This document shows, in pieces, positions 29,205 to 40,100 of a stretch of 64,000 nucleotides of DNA. Both the position numbers and the translations under genes were made by a program. The notes beneath the pieces were generated by a model, which saw nothing but the letters and a program-made list of their open reading frames with translations, made no database searches and was not told the origin of the DNA. Where the stretch lies: assembly GCA_965372795.1 (NCBI GenBank), contig CBDVDR010000001.1, positions 160,001 through 224,000 on the forward strand, given 5' to 3'. Origin of the DNA: an uncultured bacterium. GTDB taxonomy: Bacteria; Zixibacteria; MSB-5A5; GN15; FEB-12. Position 1 is the first letter of the stretch. Each line of letters opens with the position of its first letter.

Positions 29205-30419
29205 ATGAATAAAGTTACTGTTGCGGATATAAATTTCAAAAACCGTCGGGTTCTTATTCGGGTGGATTTTAATGTTCCCCTCGATAAAAACCAAAATATA
29301 ACTGATGATCGGCGGATTCAGGCTGCATTACCCACTATCAAGAAAATTATTTCTGATGGCGGCAAGGTCATAGCCTGTTCTCATCTCGGACGACCCAAAG
29401 GGAAACCAATCCCTGAAATGTCTCTTCGTCCGATTGCAAAACGGTTATCAGAATTGCTTGATAAAGAAATTGTTTTCGCAGAGGATTGTATCGGACCGGA
29501 AGCATCCAATCTGGTTGCTAAAATGAAAGACGGCGATTGTCTGCTTCTGGAAAATTTACGATTCCATAAAGAAGAAACTGATAACGATACCGGGTTCGCC
29601 AAAAAACTGGCAGCCCTTGCTGATATATTTGTTAATGATGCTTTCGGGACTGCCCATCGCGCTCATGCCTCGACCGAAGGGGTAACGAAGTTTTTCAATC
29701 AATCAGTCGCCGGTTATTTAATGGAAAAAGAGTTAAAATATCTTGGTTCAGCACTGGCTGATCCAAAACGCCCTTTTGCCGCAATCTTAGGCGGAGCGAA
29801 AATCTCCGGTAAAATAGATGTCATCCAAAACCTGATGAACAAAGTCGATCTGCTTATCATCGGGGGCGGGATGATGTTTACTTTTGCCAAAGCGTTTGGA
29901 TATCCTATCGGTGATTCGCTTCTTGAAAAAGACAAAGTTGAACTCGCCGGAGAACTGATTGAGAAATGCAAAAATTCAAGAGCAAAATTGGTATTCCCGG
30001 TTGACACCCTTGTTGCGGAAGAAATTTCTGAATCCGTGACTCCTGAAGTTGTCAAAATTGATAAAATTCCTGATGGTAAAAAAGGATTAGATATCGGTCC
30101 GGCAACAATTGAGTTGTTCAAAGAAGAACTTGCAGGTGCTAAAACAATTGTCTGGAACGGTCCAATGGGTGTTTTTGAATGTGAACCGTTTGCCAAAGGT
30201 ACTTTTGCAATTGCTGAACTGTTGGCAGAACTGACATCATCCGGCACTACAACAATTGTTGGCGGAGGTGATTCGGCGGCGGCAGTTTCTCAGGCAGGAC
30301 TCGATAACAAATTATCACACATTTCAACCGGTGGCGGTGCCTCGCTCGAATTTCTCGAAGGCAAAGCTCTTCCGGGAGTAGAAGCTCTAACTTCGTTAAA
30401 ACAGGCTGAAAAGGTTTAA
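29205..30419 (+). CDS. pgk: Phosphoglycerate kinase
   Basis: [37 protein letters not shown]. Confidence 0.97.
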   Translation: MNKVTVADINFKNRRVLIRVDFNVPLDKNQNITDDRRIQAALPTIKKIISDGGKVIACSHLGRPKGKPIPEMSLRPIAKRLSELLDKEIVFAEDCIGPEASNLVAKMKDGDCLLLENLRFHKEETDNDTGFAKKLAALADIFVNDAFGTAHRAHASTEGVTKFFNQSVAGYLMEKELKYLGSALADPKRPFAAILGGAKISGKIDVIQNLMNKVDLLIIGGGMMFTFAKAFGYPIGDSLLEKDKVELAGELIEKCKNSRAKLVFPVDTLVAEEISESVTPEVVKIDKIPDGKKGLDIGPATIELFKEELAGAKTIVWNGPMGVFECEPFAKGTFAIAELLAELTSSGTTTIVGGGDSAAAVSQAGLDNKLSHISTGGGASLEFLEGKALPGVEALTSLKQAEKV

Positions 30420-30420
30420 T

Positions 30421-31173
30421 ATGCGTCAGAATATCATTGCCGGTAATTGGAAAATGAATGGCACAATTTCGGAGACAGATGAGTTGTTAAATGGACTTTT
30501 AAAGGGAGATTCTGACAGCAAAAAGTGTAAAGTTGTTGTTTGTCCTCCCTACACAGCACTACATTTTGCCAGTATCGTGTTGAAAGACAGCCACATAGCC
30601 CTTGGTGGTCAGGATATGTCTGAACATGCAAGCGGAGCCTATACCGGTGAGATCTCCTCAGAGATGCTCTTGACAGTTGGGTGCACCTTTATTATATTGG
30701 GACACTCTGAGAGAAGGCAATACCATAGTGAGTCTGATCAACTGGTAAATGTTAAAGCTAAGCGAGCTATTGAAGCCGGTTTGACTCCAATCATTTGTGT
30801 TGGAGAGACTCTCAAACAACGGGAAGCCGGTGAAACAGAAAAAGTTGTCGGCTTGCAGATTGATGGTACGCTCTCGGGATTTTCTGCCGACTTTATTAAA
30901 AAGTCGGTTGTTGCTTATGAGCCGGTTTGGGCTATCGGAACCGGTAAAACAGCGACCCCTGAAATGGCAGAAGATGTACATAAATTTATAAGGCAGAAAG
31001 TTTCGGCTATTGATTCTGAGGCTGCTTCGGTTCTGCCAATATTATACGGCGGGTCGGTTAAACCGGCCAATGCTGATGAGTTGTTAAGTCAGCCTAATAT
31101 TGATGGTGCTTTGGTAGGCGGAGCAGCGATGAAGGCTGATGATTTTATAGCGATTATTAACGCTGTCAAATAA
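30421..31173 (+). CDS. tpiA: Triosephosphate isomerase
   Basis: AGNWKM, GHSERR, AYEPVWAIGTG, YGGSVK. Confidence 0.97.
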   Translation: MRQNIIAGNWKMNGTISETDELLNGLLKGDSDSKKCKVVVCPPYTALHFASIVLKDSHIALGGQDMSEHASGAYTGEISSEMLLTVGCTFIILGHSERRQYHSESDQLVNVKAKRAIEAGLTPIICVGETLKQREAGETEKVVGLQIDGTLSGFSADFIKKSVVAYEPVWAIGTGKTATPEMAEDVHKFIRQKVSAIDSEAASVLPILYGGSVKPANADELLSQPNIDGALVGGAAMKADDFIAIINAVK

Positions 31174-31179
31174 AGGAGT

Positions 31180-31635
31180 TTGTTCTTGTTATTTACTATT
31201 TGGATTGTTTTTCATGTGATTGTTTGTATCGGTCTTATTCTTGTAGTATTGATGCAATCAAGTAAAGGTGAAGGTCTCGCTGGTTCAGCTTTTGGCGGCG
31301 GCGGTGGAGGCGGAATGTCCGGAGCTGTATTTGGCGGACGTGGCGCTGCTTCATTTCTTTCAAAATCTACTACGGTACTGGCCGTTGTGTTTATGATAAA
31401 CTGTGCCGGTCTGGCTTTTCTTTCGGCGGGTACTCGTACAAGTTTTTCAGCATCTTCAAATACTACTCCGGCTGAATCGGTTGTAACACGTGAAGCTCAG
31501 AAAGAACGTGACCAGGCTCTTCAGTTCCAGCAACAACAACAGCAGGCTGCTGACACTTCCGGTGGAAACCCATTGGATATTCAAGTTGTTCCTAACGAAG
31601 CTGCCACTCAGACAAAAGATACTTCCGGGAATTAA
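31180..31635 (+). CDS. secG: Preprotein translocase subunit SecG with Q-rich C-terminal extension
   Basis: LILVVLMQSSKGEGL..FGG..FLSKST; canonical position after tpiA. Start may be TTG 31186. Confidence 0.9.
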   Translation: MFLLFTIWIVFHVIVCIGLILVVLMQSSKGEGLAGSAFGGGGGGGMSGAVFGGRGAASFLSKSTTVLAVVFMINCAGLAFLSAGTRTSFSASSNTTPAESVVTREAQKERDQALQFQQQQQQAADTSGGNPLDIQVVPNEAATQTKDTSGN

Positions 31636-31649
31636 GATAATATAATTTT

Positions 31650-31731
31650 GCGGAAGTGGTGGAACTGGTAGACACGCCATCTTGAGGGGGTGGTGGGGAA
31701 ACTCATGCGGGTTCGAGTCCCGCCTTCCGCA
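31650..31731 (+). tRNA. tRNA-Leu(GAG)
   Basis: GCGGAAG/CTTCCGC acceptor stem, D-arm GGTGGAACTGGTAGACAC, anticodon loop TTGAGGG, long variable arm, GGTTCGAGTCC T-arm. CCA is not encoded. Confidence 0.95.
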
Positions 31732-31740
31732 TAAATTCAT

Positions 31741-31776
31741 AATCCCCGAGCTTCCACAGCTCGGGGATTTTTTTTT
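31741..31776 (+). terminator. Intrinsic terminator after tRNA-Leu
   Basis: aatccccgagct-tccac-agctcggggatt followed by a T run. Confidence 0.85.
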
Positions 31777-31864
31777 GTTGTGTTTAATATCAAAAACTTC
31801 AATTTATAGCAGATATATTTATTCATATTATGGTTAATATAAATTTTATCAGAAGGATAATGTT

Positions 31865-32617
31865 ATGATAAAAAAAGTCGTTATAATTTTAGTCTTAATG
31901 ATCATCTTGGGTATTGTTGGGATTGCCCTCGGAATTGATTCACTCGTTGAAACCGGAATTGAAGAAGGCGGCAGCTATGCTTTCGGAGTAGAGACCAATA
32001 TTAGATCAGTTGATTTAGGACTTACATCTGGAAAATGTGAACTGACTGATTTCAAAATCGCCAATCCTGATGGTTTCACAACCGACCAGTTCTTTTTGCT
32101 AAGAACAGGAGTACTTGATATTAAACCCAAAGCGATCTTTGATAATAAAATTGTTGTTGAGTCGCTGATTATTGATGGCGTCAGACTTAATTTGGAACAG
32201 ATTGATAAAAAGGGAAACTTCACAGAAATAATGAACCATGTCAACCAGATTGATTTTGGTGAATCATCAGAAAGCAATCAAACCATTCTAATCAAAAAAG
32301 TTGTTATTAGTGATGTTGAAGTTACCACTACCCTGACTCTGATGGGTAAAGAACGGTTCAACAAAGCTTTCAAACTTGATAACTTCACAATCAACAATTT
32401 GGGTGGGGACGATGGTGCCCCAATCGCAGTAATAGTTTCTGATCTTGTAAAAAAAGTTGTATCAAAAGCTCTGACATCAGACAAAAACCAATTGAATATA
32501 AGCTTTGATGAGCAAATTGATAAACTCAAAGAAGATGCCAAAGATGCTACTGAAAAAGTTAAGGATGAAGCAAAAGATAAACTTAATAAACTGGGTAAAT
32601 CTATAATCGGGGGATGA
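31865..32617 (+). CDS. AsmA-family-like membrane-anchored protein
   Basis: N-terminal TM, GVETNIRSVDL, IANPDGF, NLEQ..GNF. Confidence 0.6.
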   Translation: MIKKVVIILVLMIILGIVGIALGIDSLVETGIEEGGSYAFGVETNIRSVDLGLTSGKCELTDFKIANPDGFTTDQFFLLRTGVLDIKPKAIFDNKIVVESLIIDGVRLNLEQIDKKGNFTEIMNHVNQIDFGESSESNQTILIKKVVISDVEVTTTLTLMGKERFNKAFKLDNFTINNLGGDDGAPIAVIVSDLVKKVVSKALTSDKNQLNISFDEQIDKLKEDAKDATEKVKDEAKDKLNKLGKSIIGG

Positions 32618-32758
32618 TAATGTTTAAGTATCTTATTGCATAATAATAGTTTGTCACAATTTGTATAACTTACTATTTCATTATTGATTACCGGTTTAAG
32701 TAGATAAATAGTTCATCTGGAACAATTTATTCAGTTCTACAGTTCTATATAAGTTAGT

Positions 32759-33733
32759 ATGAAGAAATTAGTTAACATGTATAGAAGACAGAAATCAGAA
32801 CTCAAAAATTTAGCTCTGATGATTATGGGGATATTATTAATATTAACTCTAATATTTACTACCAATATTATGTCAAAAAATAACTCAAAAAATAATCGCT
32901 TAACTACCGCAGAAGAAGCTGTCATTGTCAACAAGGGGACCGAACAACCGTTCAGCGGAATTTATAATGACCATAAAGAAAAGGGCACCTATGTCTGCAA
33001 AAGATGTGATGCTCCTCTTTATAAATCGGAAGATAAATTCGATTCCCATTGCGGATGGCCGAGTTTTGATGATGAGATTTCAAATGCAATTAAGCATCTC
33101 CCCGATGCTGATGGCAGTCGTACTGAGATTCTTTGTAATAACTGTGGCGGGCATCTTGGACATATTTTTATCGGCGAAGGTTTGACCGATAAGAATACCC
33201 GACATTGTGTAAATTCTATTTCAATGAACTTTATTTCCGCTACCAATGATAAACTTGAAAAAGCTTATTTTGCAGGAGGATGTTTCTGGGGGGTTGAACA
33301 CTATTTTCTGGAAGCCGAAGGAGTTGTTTCAACTGATGTCGGTTTTATGGGTGGCAAAACGGACAACCCTACTTATTCTGAAATTTGTTACGAAAACACC
33401 GGGCATGCCGAAGTTTTAGAGGTTGTATTTGATCCGGAAGTAACCTCGTTTGAAAAAATGGCAAAACTATTTTTTGAGATTCATGATCCCTCACAAATAA
33501 ACCGACAGGGTCCTGATGTCGGCGATCAATATCGGTCGGCAGTATTTTACATTAACGACAACCAAAAAGAGATAACCGAAAAACTTGTAAATATTCTTCG
33601 TGAAAAAAAGTATGATGTTGCAACTGAAATTACTATGGCTGGCTCTTTTTGGATCGCAGAAGAAAATCATCAGGAATATTACAAAAAGAAAAACGGTCTT
33701 CCCTACTGTCATTCTTATCAGAAAAAATTCTAA
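32759..33733 (+). CDS. msrAB: Fused methionine sulfoxide reductase MsrB-MsrA
   Basis: GTEQPF, CKRC, CGWPSF, GHLGH, RHCVNS (MsrB); AGGCFWG, GHAE, QYRSA, AEENHQEY (MsrA). Start uncertain. Confidence 0.93.
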   Translation: MKKLVNMYRRQKSELKNLALMIMGILLILTLIFTTNIMSKNNSKNNRLTTAEEAVIVNKGTEQPFSGIYNDHKEKGTYVCKRCDAPLYKSEDKFDSHCGWPSFDDEISNAIKHLPDADGSRTEILCNNCGGHLGHIFIGEGLTDKNTRHCVNSISMNFISATNDKLEKAYFAGGCFWGVEHYFLEAEGVVSTDVGFMGGKTDNPTYSEICYENTGHAEVLEVVFDPEVTSFEKMAKLFFEIHDPSQINRQGPDVGDQYRSAVFYINDNQKEITEKLVNILREKKYDVATEITMAGSFWIAEENHQEYYKKKNGLPYCHSYQKKF

Positions 33734-33762
33734 GTGCGGCTAAGCCGCTTTTATTGATTATT

Positions 33763-33797
33763 AAAAAACGGAAGACTTAATTAGGTCCTCCGTTTTT
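33763..33797. terminator. Bidirectional terminator
   Basis: aaaaaacggaagac..gtcctccgttttt. Confidence 0.7.
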
Positions 33798-33824
33798 CGT
33801 TTGATCAAACTACTAATAGTAGGA

Positions 33825-34748
33825 TCATTTATTTTCACAGATTGGCGGCGGTCCGCCTCTGAACATATAATCAATAAAGTAAGTCAGATCGGATATATCA
33901 ATACCGCCGCTGCCATTACAATCAGCTGACATTAAATATTCAGGTTCAGGTGCCTGACGGAACATATAATCAATCAAAAAAGTCAAATCCGATATATCTA
34001 CAAACCTCCCATCGTTGTTCATATCGCCGCAGTTGTAAGTCTGACTACAAGGAGCAGTCACGTTAAGAGTTACATCAACATACTGAGGGCTATTCGAAAC
34101 ATCAGGGCTAAAAACAAATAAAGTTAAATTATAATTTCCAACATCAAGATTTGTTGTTGTTAAATAGACTTGAGATAAATTATTGGAAGAATAACCTGTT
34201 GACGGTGAGACACCTAGCCAACTTGTACTATCACTAATATCAACTGACCAATTAATAGCCTGACTTGCTGATGCATTATAAATATTCAGATATTGTGAAA
34301 CCGGCAAAGCCTCACCCTGACAGACATCAAAAGTCATTGAGAGGGGGGATACTCCAAGTTGGTCTTGACTATTGCAAGGCGGTGAAACATTTAGATTCAC
34401 GTTAATATACTGTGGGCTATTCGTAACATCGGGGCTTTCAACTGTTATTGTAGCAGTATATCCTCCTGGAGAAAAGTCGGTAGTTGTTAAATTATACCCA
34501 ACACTACTATATTCAGCGTAACCCGATGTTTGTGTTAACTCTAACCAAAATTGATTGGAAATTGCTGTCCAATTTATAGCTCCACTGCCTGTCCCATTAT
34601 AAATATTTAGCATTGGGGATACTGGCATATCATCTGTTCCCTGACAGAAACTAATATTAATTTCTTGAGGAGAAACAACTAGACTCTGTGCATTAACTGT
34701 TGAAAAGATGATTGTGAATAATATCAACGCAGTAAGAAATTTTTTCAT
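33825..34748 (-). CDS. Secreted protein with two BACON/Ig-like repeats and a C-terminal dockerin
   Basis: Signal peptide MKKFLT; tandem L.VSP...CQG...SPQY..V.LNV..PC domains; duplicated GDMNNDG..DISDLT / ADCNGSG.IDISDLT. Confidence 0.8.
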   Translation of the reverse strand: MKKFLTALILFTIIFSTVNAQSLVVSPQEINISFCQGTDDMPVSPMLNIYNGTGSGAINWTAISNQFWLELTQTSGYAEYSSVGYNLTTTDFSPGGYTATITVESPDVTNSPQYINVNLNVSPPCNSQDQLGVSPLSMTFDVCQGEALPVSQYLNIYNASASQAINWSVDISDSTSWLGVSPSTGYSSNNLSQVYLTTTNLDVGNYNLTLFVFSPDVSNSPQYVDVTLNVTAPCSQTYNCGDMNNDGRFVDISDLTFLIDYMFRQAPEPEYLMSADCNGSGGIDISDLTYFIDYMFRGGPPPICENK

Positions 34749-34915
34749 TGAGCCCTCTATCGTCAATCCTTAATTTTCTTGAATAATAATAAATGGAGCC
34801 GTGCTCAAACTTATCAACGATATTGGATAAATATATTGTAAGTAGGCTCCGTAGAAATAAATATACTAAGAAATTTGAACAAGTCAAGGATATTCAGGTC
34901 TTTTATTCTCTTATA

Positions 34916-36805
34916 TTAAAGTTTGGAGTTGTCAATCTGAATATCTTTTTGATACTCTTCAGTGATCCTCAACAGAAATTGATCATATCTTGGGTCTGCC
35001 GGTCCAACTCGTTGGGCTGTAATATATTTGTACGCCGTCTCAAAATCACCGATGTTATAATAAACAGCCGCCAAATTCACTAATGTCTGCTCAAGTTTTG
35101 GAGAAACCTGTAAAGCCTTTTGGTACAGTTCAATAGCTTCCTGATGTTTCTCATCCATCTCATACAAAGTGGCTAAGTTATTTAAAACCTGAATATGATT
35201 CGGGTTTGCGTCCAAGGCTCGTTGATAGTCATCGAACGCTTCATCAAGTCGGTTTAATTGTGAGTTTGCAATCCCCCGATAACAGGCAAGTGGCGTAGAA
35301 GTCGGATCAACATTCACAAAATCAAAATTCACCTTGTCAATTTGTGCAACCATCATTGACCAGTTATTAACCGAACCGGCAGCCACGGCAAGTTTGACAT
35401 GTTTTTCGGCGTTAAAACGGGTTATCGATAAAAAGAGAGAAAATATAGTTACTGCTCCCATAATCAGTAAGAACATGATCGTAAATGGTTTTGAATTAGT
35501 TTGTTTGGAATTAACAGAAGTAAAACTGATTGATTCAATCATAGCCAGGTAGACCATGAAGATTGCCATATGAAATATTCTTTCTCTCGGATAACTGAAA
35601 AAGGAAATAACCATAAACCCAATAATTCCAAATAGAAACATCCATGCTTTTATAATTTTATCATCTTCGGAGCTGTTTTTTAAAATCTTAATACATCTGA
35701 TAATTGCATAGAGAAACAATCCCAAATACAATAATAATCCAACAGGACCAGACTCGGTAAGATTCCATAAGAAGTCATTATGAGGTCGTTGAAAGAAAGT
35801 ACTTGATTGAGAATAGACTCTCCCCTCAACTCCGTAATATGGCAATACAATTTTCCAATTTCCGATTCCCACCCCAAGAATCGGATTATCAAAATACATC
35901 TGAATTGATTTGGACCATAGTCCTAATCTGATTTGAATAGACTCTATAGATGTATAATTTGAATTCGTTTCGGATTTGTAATCATTTGATAAATATAACA
36001 ATCCGGAGATAAGAAAAATTAACGATAGAATTAAAATAACTGCAATTATTATCTTTGAATATTTTTTAATAATATTTAAAAACCTGATAGATGATTTGTT
36101 AAATGTTTTTGAATTCATGGCAAGAGCAAGCAGCGAGAACAATAGTCCAACAGCTAATCCCAGATAAACGCTGCGGGTTTTACTTATAAGAATCAAAACC
36201 AGCGAAAATGCAACAGTTGCAGCCCCAAAATAACGAGTCAGTTTATTGTCCCTGAAAGTTGAAATAATGCTAAAAGGCAGACATAGAAATATTGCTGAAG
36301 CTAACAGATTTTTATTCGCCATGGTACCGAATGGAATAATATTACCCGGTAAATTTGTAAATCCAAGTTGGAAATATTGCAGTAATCCAATTATTGAAAG
36401 TATTAGTCCTGACAATGTAATAACGGAAATTACGTATGATTGGTTTTTTGATGATCTAAATAGAAAAATTAAAGTTATCAGCAGAACTAACCAAATGGAA
36501 ACTTTACATAACTCAAAAAGACCTTCCTGAAGGTTAATAACATTAACAAGCGAAACCAAATTTATCAGAAAAAATAAAGATAGAATTATAACAGTGACAG
36601 AAGAGATTACTGGTGTAGTATTTATTTGAAAATTATTCGATTTAATCAAAAGTGTAATTATTAAAATCAAAAGTATAACTGATTGAAACATAAGTCTAAT
36701 TGAAGAAACCGGATCAATGGTTTGAAATGAATAAATTAAAGGTAGAAATAATAATAAAGTTACTAATACAAGGCTTTGAATTTTATCGTTTATTTTTGAT
36801 TTCAT
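34916..36805 (-). CDS. O-antigen ligase (Wzy_C)/O-oligosaccharyltransferase-like membrane protein with C-terminal TPRs
   Basis: Many TMs, GTMANKN, SKTRS, R..LW, GVGIGNW, RPHNDFL; TPRs at the C-terminus. Confidence 0.8.
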   Translation of the reverse strand: MKSKINDKIQSLVLVTLLLFLPLIYSFQTIDPVSSIRLMFQSVILLILIITLLIKSNNFQINTTPVISSVTVIILSLFFLINLVSLVNVINLQEGLFELCKVSIWLVLLITLIFLFRSSKNQSYVISVITLSGLILSIIGLLQYFQLGFTNLPGNIIPFGTMANKNLLASAIFLCLPFSIISTFRDNKLTRYFGAATVAFSLVLILISKTRSVYLGLAVGLLFSLLALAMNSKTFNKSSIRFLNIIKKYSKIIIAVILILSLIFLISGLLYLSNDYKSETNSNYTSIESIQIRLGLWSKSIQMYFDNPILGVGIGNWKIVLPYYGVEGRVYSQSSTFFQRPHNDFLWNLTESGPVGLLLYLGLFLYAIIRCIKILKNSSEDDKIIKAWMFLFGIIGFMVISFFSYPRERIFHMAIFMVYLAMIESISFTSVNSKQTNSKPFTIMFLLIMGAVTIFSLFLSITRFNAEKHVKLAVAAGSVNNWSMMVAQIDKVNFDFVNVDPTSTPLACYRGIANSQLNRLDEAFDDYQRALDANPNHIQVLNNLATLYEMDEKHQEAIELYQKALQVSPKLEQTLVNLAAVYYNIGDFETAYKYITAQRVGPADPRYDQFLLRITEEYQKDIQIDNSKL

Positions 36806-36940
36806 ATTATACCCGTTAATATTTACTAAAAAAAACGGATTCCGTCAACCTATTGACAGAATCCGTCATAGAAAATTTGCTCAAAGCAAAAATGACTAAT
36901 CAATGGAACTTTGAATTACATCCATTTGTTATAACTATTA

Positions 36941-37050
36941 GCTTGAACAGCATTTATCTCTCAAAGCTCAAATGTTCAAGCATCTATGTTGTACGACTCC
37001 TTAGTTGAGCCGGATCTATTTTCTCCCCCTCGATAGGTCCGGCTTTTTTT
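36941..37050 (+). ncRNA. Candidate small RNA
   Basis: Lies between two minus-strand genes. GGAAC-N17-TGTT upstream, 5' hairpin, ACTCCTT linker, + strand terminator with a TTCTCCCCCTC loop. Confidence 0.3.
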
Positions 37051-37068
37051 ATGGACATTTTTTTTCAT

Positions 37069-37100
37069 AAAAAAAGAGCCGCCAAAAGTGACGGCTCTTA
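37069..37100 (-). terminator. Terminator of the TSP3-repeat gene
   Basis: aaaaaaagagccg..cggctctt. Confidence 0.75.
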
Positions 37101-37112
37101 TTAAGTTTATCT

Positions 37113-40100
37113 TTACTTAACTTGAGGACAGTCGGGAGGTTGAGCTCCGCCTAAGAATAGGTAATCAACAAGGAAAGTAAGATCGCTAATGTTCACCGGT
37201 GGGACAGAAGAATCACCGTTAGCATTAGCTTCATTTTGACATTCAGGTTCAGGTCCACCCTGGAATAAACGCCAAACCAGATAGGTAATATCAGTAATAT
37301 TGATATCATCATCCGGATCGTAGTTGGTATTTCCACGGTAATCAATACAACAAATTAATTCAAAGATATGGTTCTTATACCATTTCCGAGCCGCTCTCGT
37401 ACCTAAATTATAAGTGGTGCTGGTACCATCAAGTACCGTCATGACCGCAGTATAAATATACATTGTATCATCCGGATTAACAGTATAATCTGACAGATAA
37501 ACTAAGCCAGCAAACTGATCTCCAATCGAACCAGGCCAAACCGAATAATTTGGCATAAAGGGTTCTTTTTCCATCAAACTATAAATTTCTCCCGGCACAA
37601 ATTTTCTATTAGGCCAGAGATACGTTTCATTTGACTCAGTAAATTGGAAATACGGATTAGGAGCAGCATGATCGAGAGGTGTATTCAGATAACTGCCAAG
37701 CATAAACATCCCGGCAAATCTCCGATCGGCATTGAAACAATCTTCAGGATCTGCTACTATGCCAGTCATGTAAATAGATTCCGAGAAAGAACTATATTCA
37801 GAAATATTATCTGTCCCATAATATGAAGGAACATCAAAGTCAGCAACATTACCGATTTTAATTCCACTATGGGAGAATCCATCAAAGGAATATACTTTCA
37901 AACGCTGAATAACAAAATTGCATGAATCAGGCTGCTTAGGAGCCCACCAATCAGCTTCCATTCCTATCGTTGAATCAGAGGTGATAAATGTTCCTGATTG
38001 GAAATGATCAAACTCTGATGTTGTCACAGTTGGTACAAATGGATTTCCGATTTCCGGAACTTTCAAAGAAGTTTCCTCAAACATCGCATAATTGACAATT
38101 GTATCGACACCATCAATATATCCGATAATCGGCGATGCGTCATACAAATAAGGTATGGTACCTTGGAAACATCCTTCTTCAATGTAACCCAAGTTTGCAA
38201 GACCATCACCACCATTGTACTTATTTCCCCAGTTACCATTATTGGAGACAATTAAATTAGTACATTCAGTTTCAATTGTATCGCGAAATATTAGTCCAAA
38301 GTCACAAGCATCACCAATACCATTATTGTCCGTATCAAGTTGATCCGGATTAGGAATATCGGGACAGTTATCTTCTGGACATGTATTCGCTGCAAAGCCA
38401 GGGTCACCGGCTCCATCACCGTCGGTATCCGTACACTCATCACAAGCATCACCAATGCCATCATTATCAGTATCAGTCTGACTGACATTGTAGACATCCG
38501 GGCAATTATCACAGGCATTACCCAAATTATCATTATCATTGTTTGCTTGATCATTATTTGGAGTAGTTAAACAATTGTCACAATCGTCCCCAACATTATC
38601 AGAATCACCGTCTGTTTGTTGAGGGTTGCCTATGGTTGGACAATTATCACATTCATCTCCAAAAGTATCAAAGTCAGTATCAAACTGATCAGGATTTGGA
38701 ACAACGGGACAATTGTCACATTCATCACCGACAGTATCAATGTCGGTATCTGTCTGATTAGGATTGGTGTCCTCTGGACAATTATCACATTCATCGCCAT
38801 AGATATCAGAATCACTGTTGATCTGAGAAGCATTCGGATCATCAGGACAGTTATCACAGGCATCACCAGCACCGTCGACATCGACATCTTCCTGATTTGG
38901 ATTGTAGTCATCAGGACAGATATCACAGTCTGAACCTAAATTATCATTATCAGGATCTTCCTGATTAGGATTTGGAACTGCAGGACAATTATCACAGTCA
39001 TCACCGACATTATCAGTATCAGTATCTACTTGTGAAGGATTGTCAACATCTGGACAATTATCACAATCATCACCAAATATATCAGCATCACTATTTGTCT
39101 GATTAGGATTTGGATCAGTCGGACAGTTATCACAGTCATCACCGACATTATCTGTATCTACATCGGTTTGATCCGGATTCGGATCTGCCGGACAGTTATC
39201 ACAGGCATCACCGGTGCCATCCACATCAACATCTTCCTGATTAGGATTAGCTTCAAGTGGACAATTATCACAATCATCACCGACGGCATCAAAATCTATA
39301 TCAGCCTGAGATGGGTTCGGATCATCCGGACAGTTGTCGCAAGCATCACCGTCGCCGTCATTATCGATATCGGCTTGATCAGGATTAGGTATTGTCGGAC
39401 AATTATCACAAGCATCACCGACACCATCGCCATCACTGTCTAATTGTAATGGGTCTGAATTTTCGGGACAAATGTCACAATCATCACCAATTCCATCACT
39501 ATCCATATCAGATTGAGATGGGTTGTCAATGGTAGGGCAATTATCACACTCATCACCATATATGTCAGCATCACTGTTTGCTTGATTAGTATTTGGATCA
39601 TCAGGACAGTTGTCACAATCATCACCAACAGTATCATTATCAGTATCAACCTGAGTTGGGTTAGGAACTACCGGACAGTTATCACAGGCATCACCGGCAC
39701 CGTCAACATCAGTATCTTCCTGATTAGGATCAAAGTTATCAGGACAAATATCACAGTCAGAACCTATATTATCATTATCAGGATCTTCCTGATTTGGATT
39801 AGGAACAGCTGGACAATTATCACAGTCATCACCGACATTATCAGCATCAGTATCGACCTGTGTAGAATTATCAACATCAGGACAATTATCGCACTCATCG
39901 CCAAAAATATCAGCATCACTGTTAGTTTGATTTACATTTGGATCATCCGGACAGTTATCACAATCATCCCCGACCGTATCAGCATCGGTATCTGTCTGGA
40001 TTGGATTCGGAACCGCCGGGCAATTATCACAAGCATCACCGGCTCCATCAACATCAGCGTCTTCCTGATTAGGATCGAAATCATCAGGACAAATATCACA

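Noticed and set aside
29714..30247. 177-aa antisense ORF within pgk, and similar ORFs in gap, ftsA, ftsW and murD
   Set aside because: Typical antisense shadows of conserved housekeeping genes.
32759..33733. Selenocysteine in MsrA/MsrB
   Set aside because: The catalytic positions are Cys (RHCVNS, GCFWG) and there is no in-frame TGA.
36892..37008. 38-codon + strand ORF (MTNQWNFELHPF..) in the intergenic region
   Set aside because: No SD and no recognisable features; the RNA structure explains the region better.
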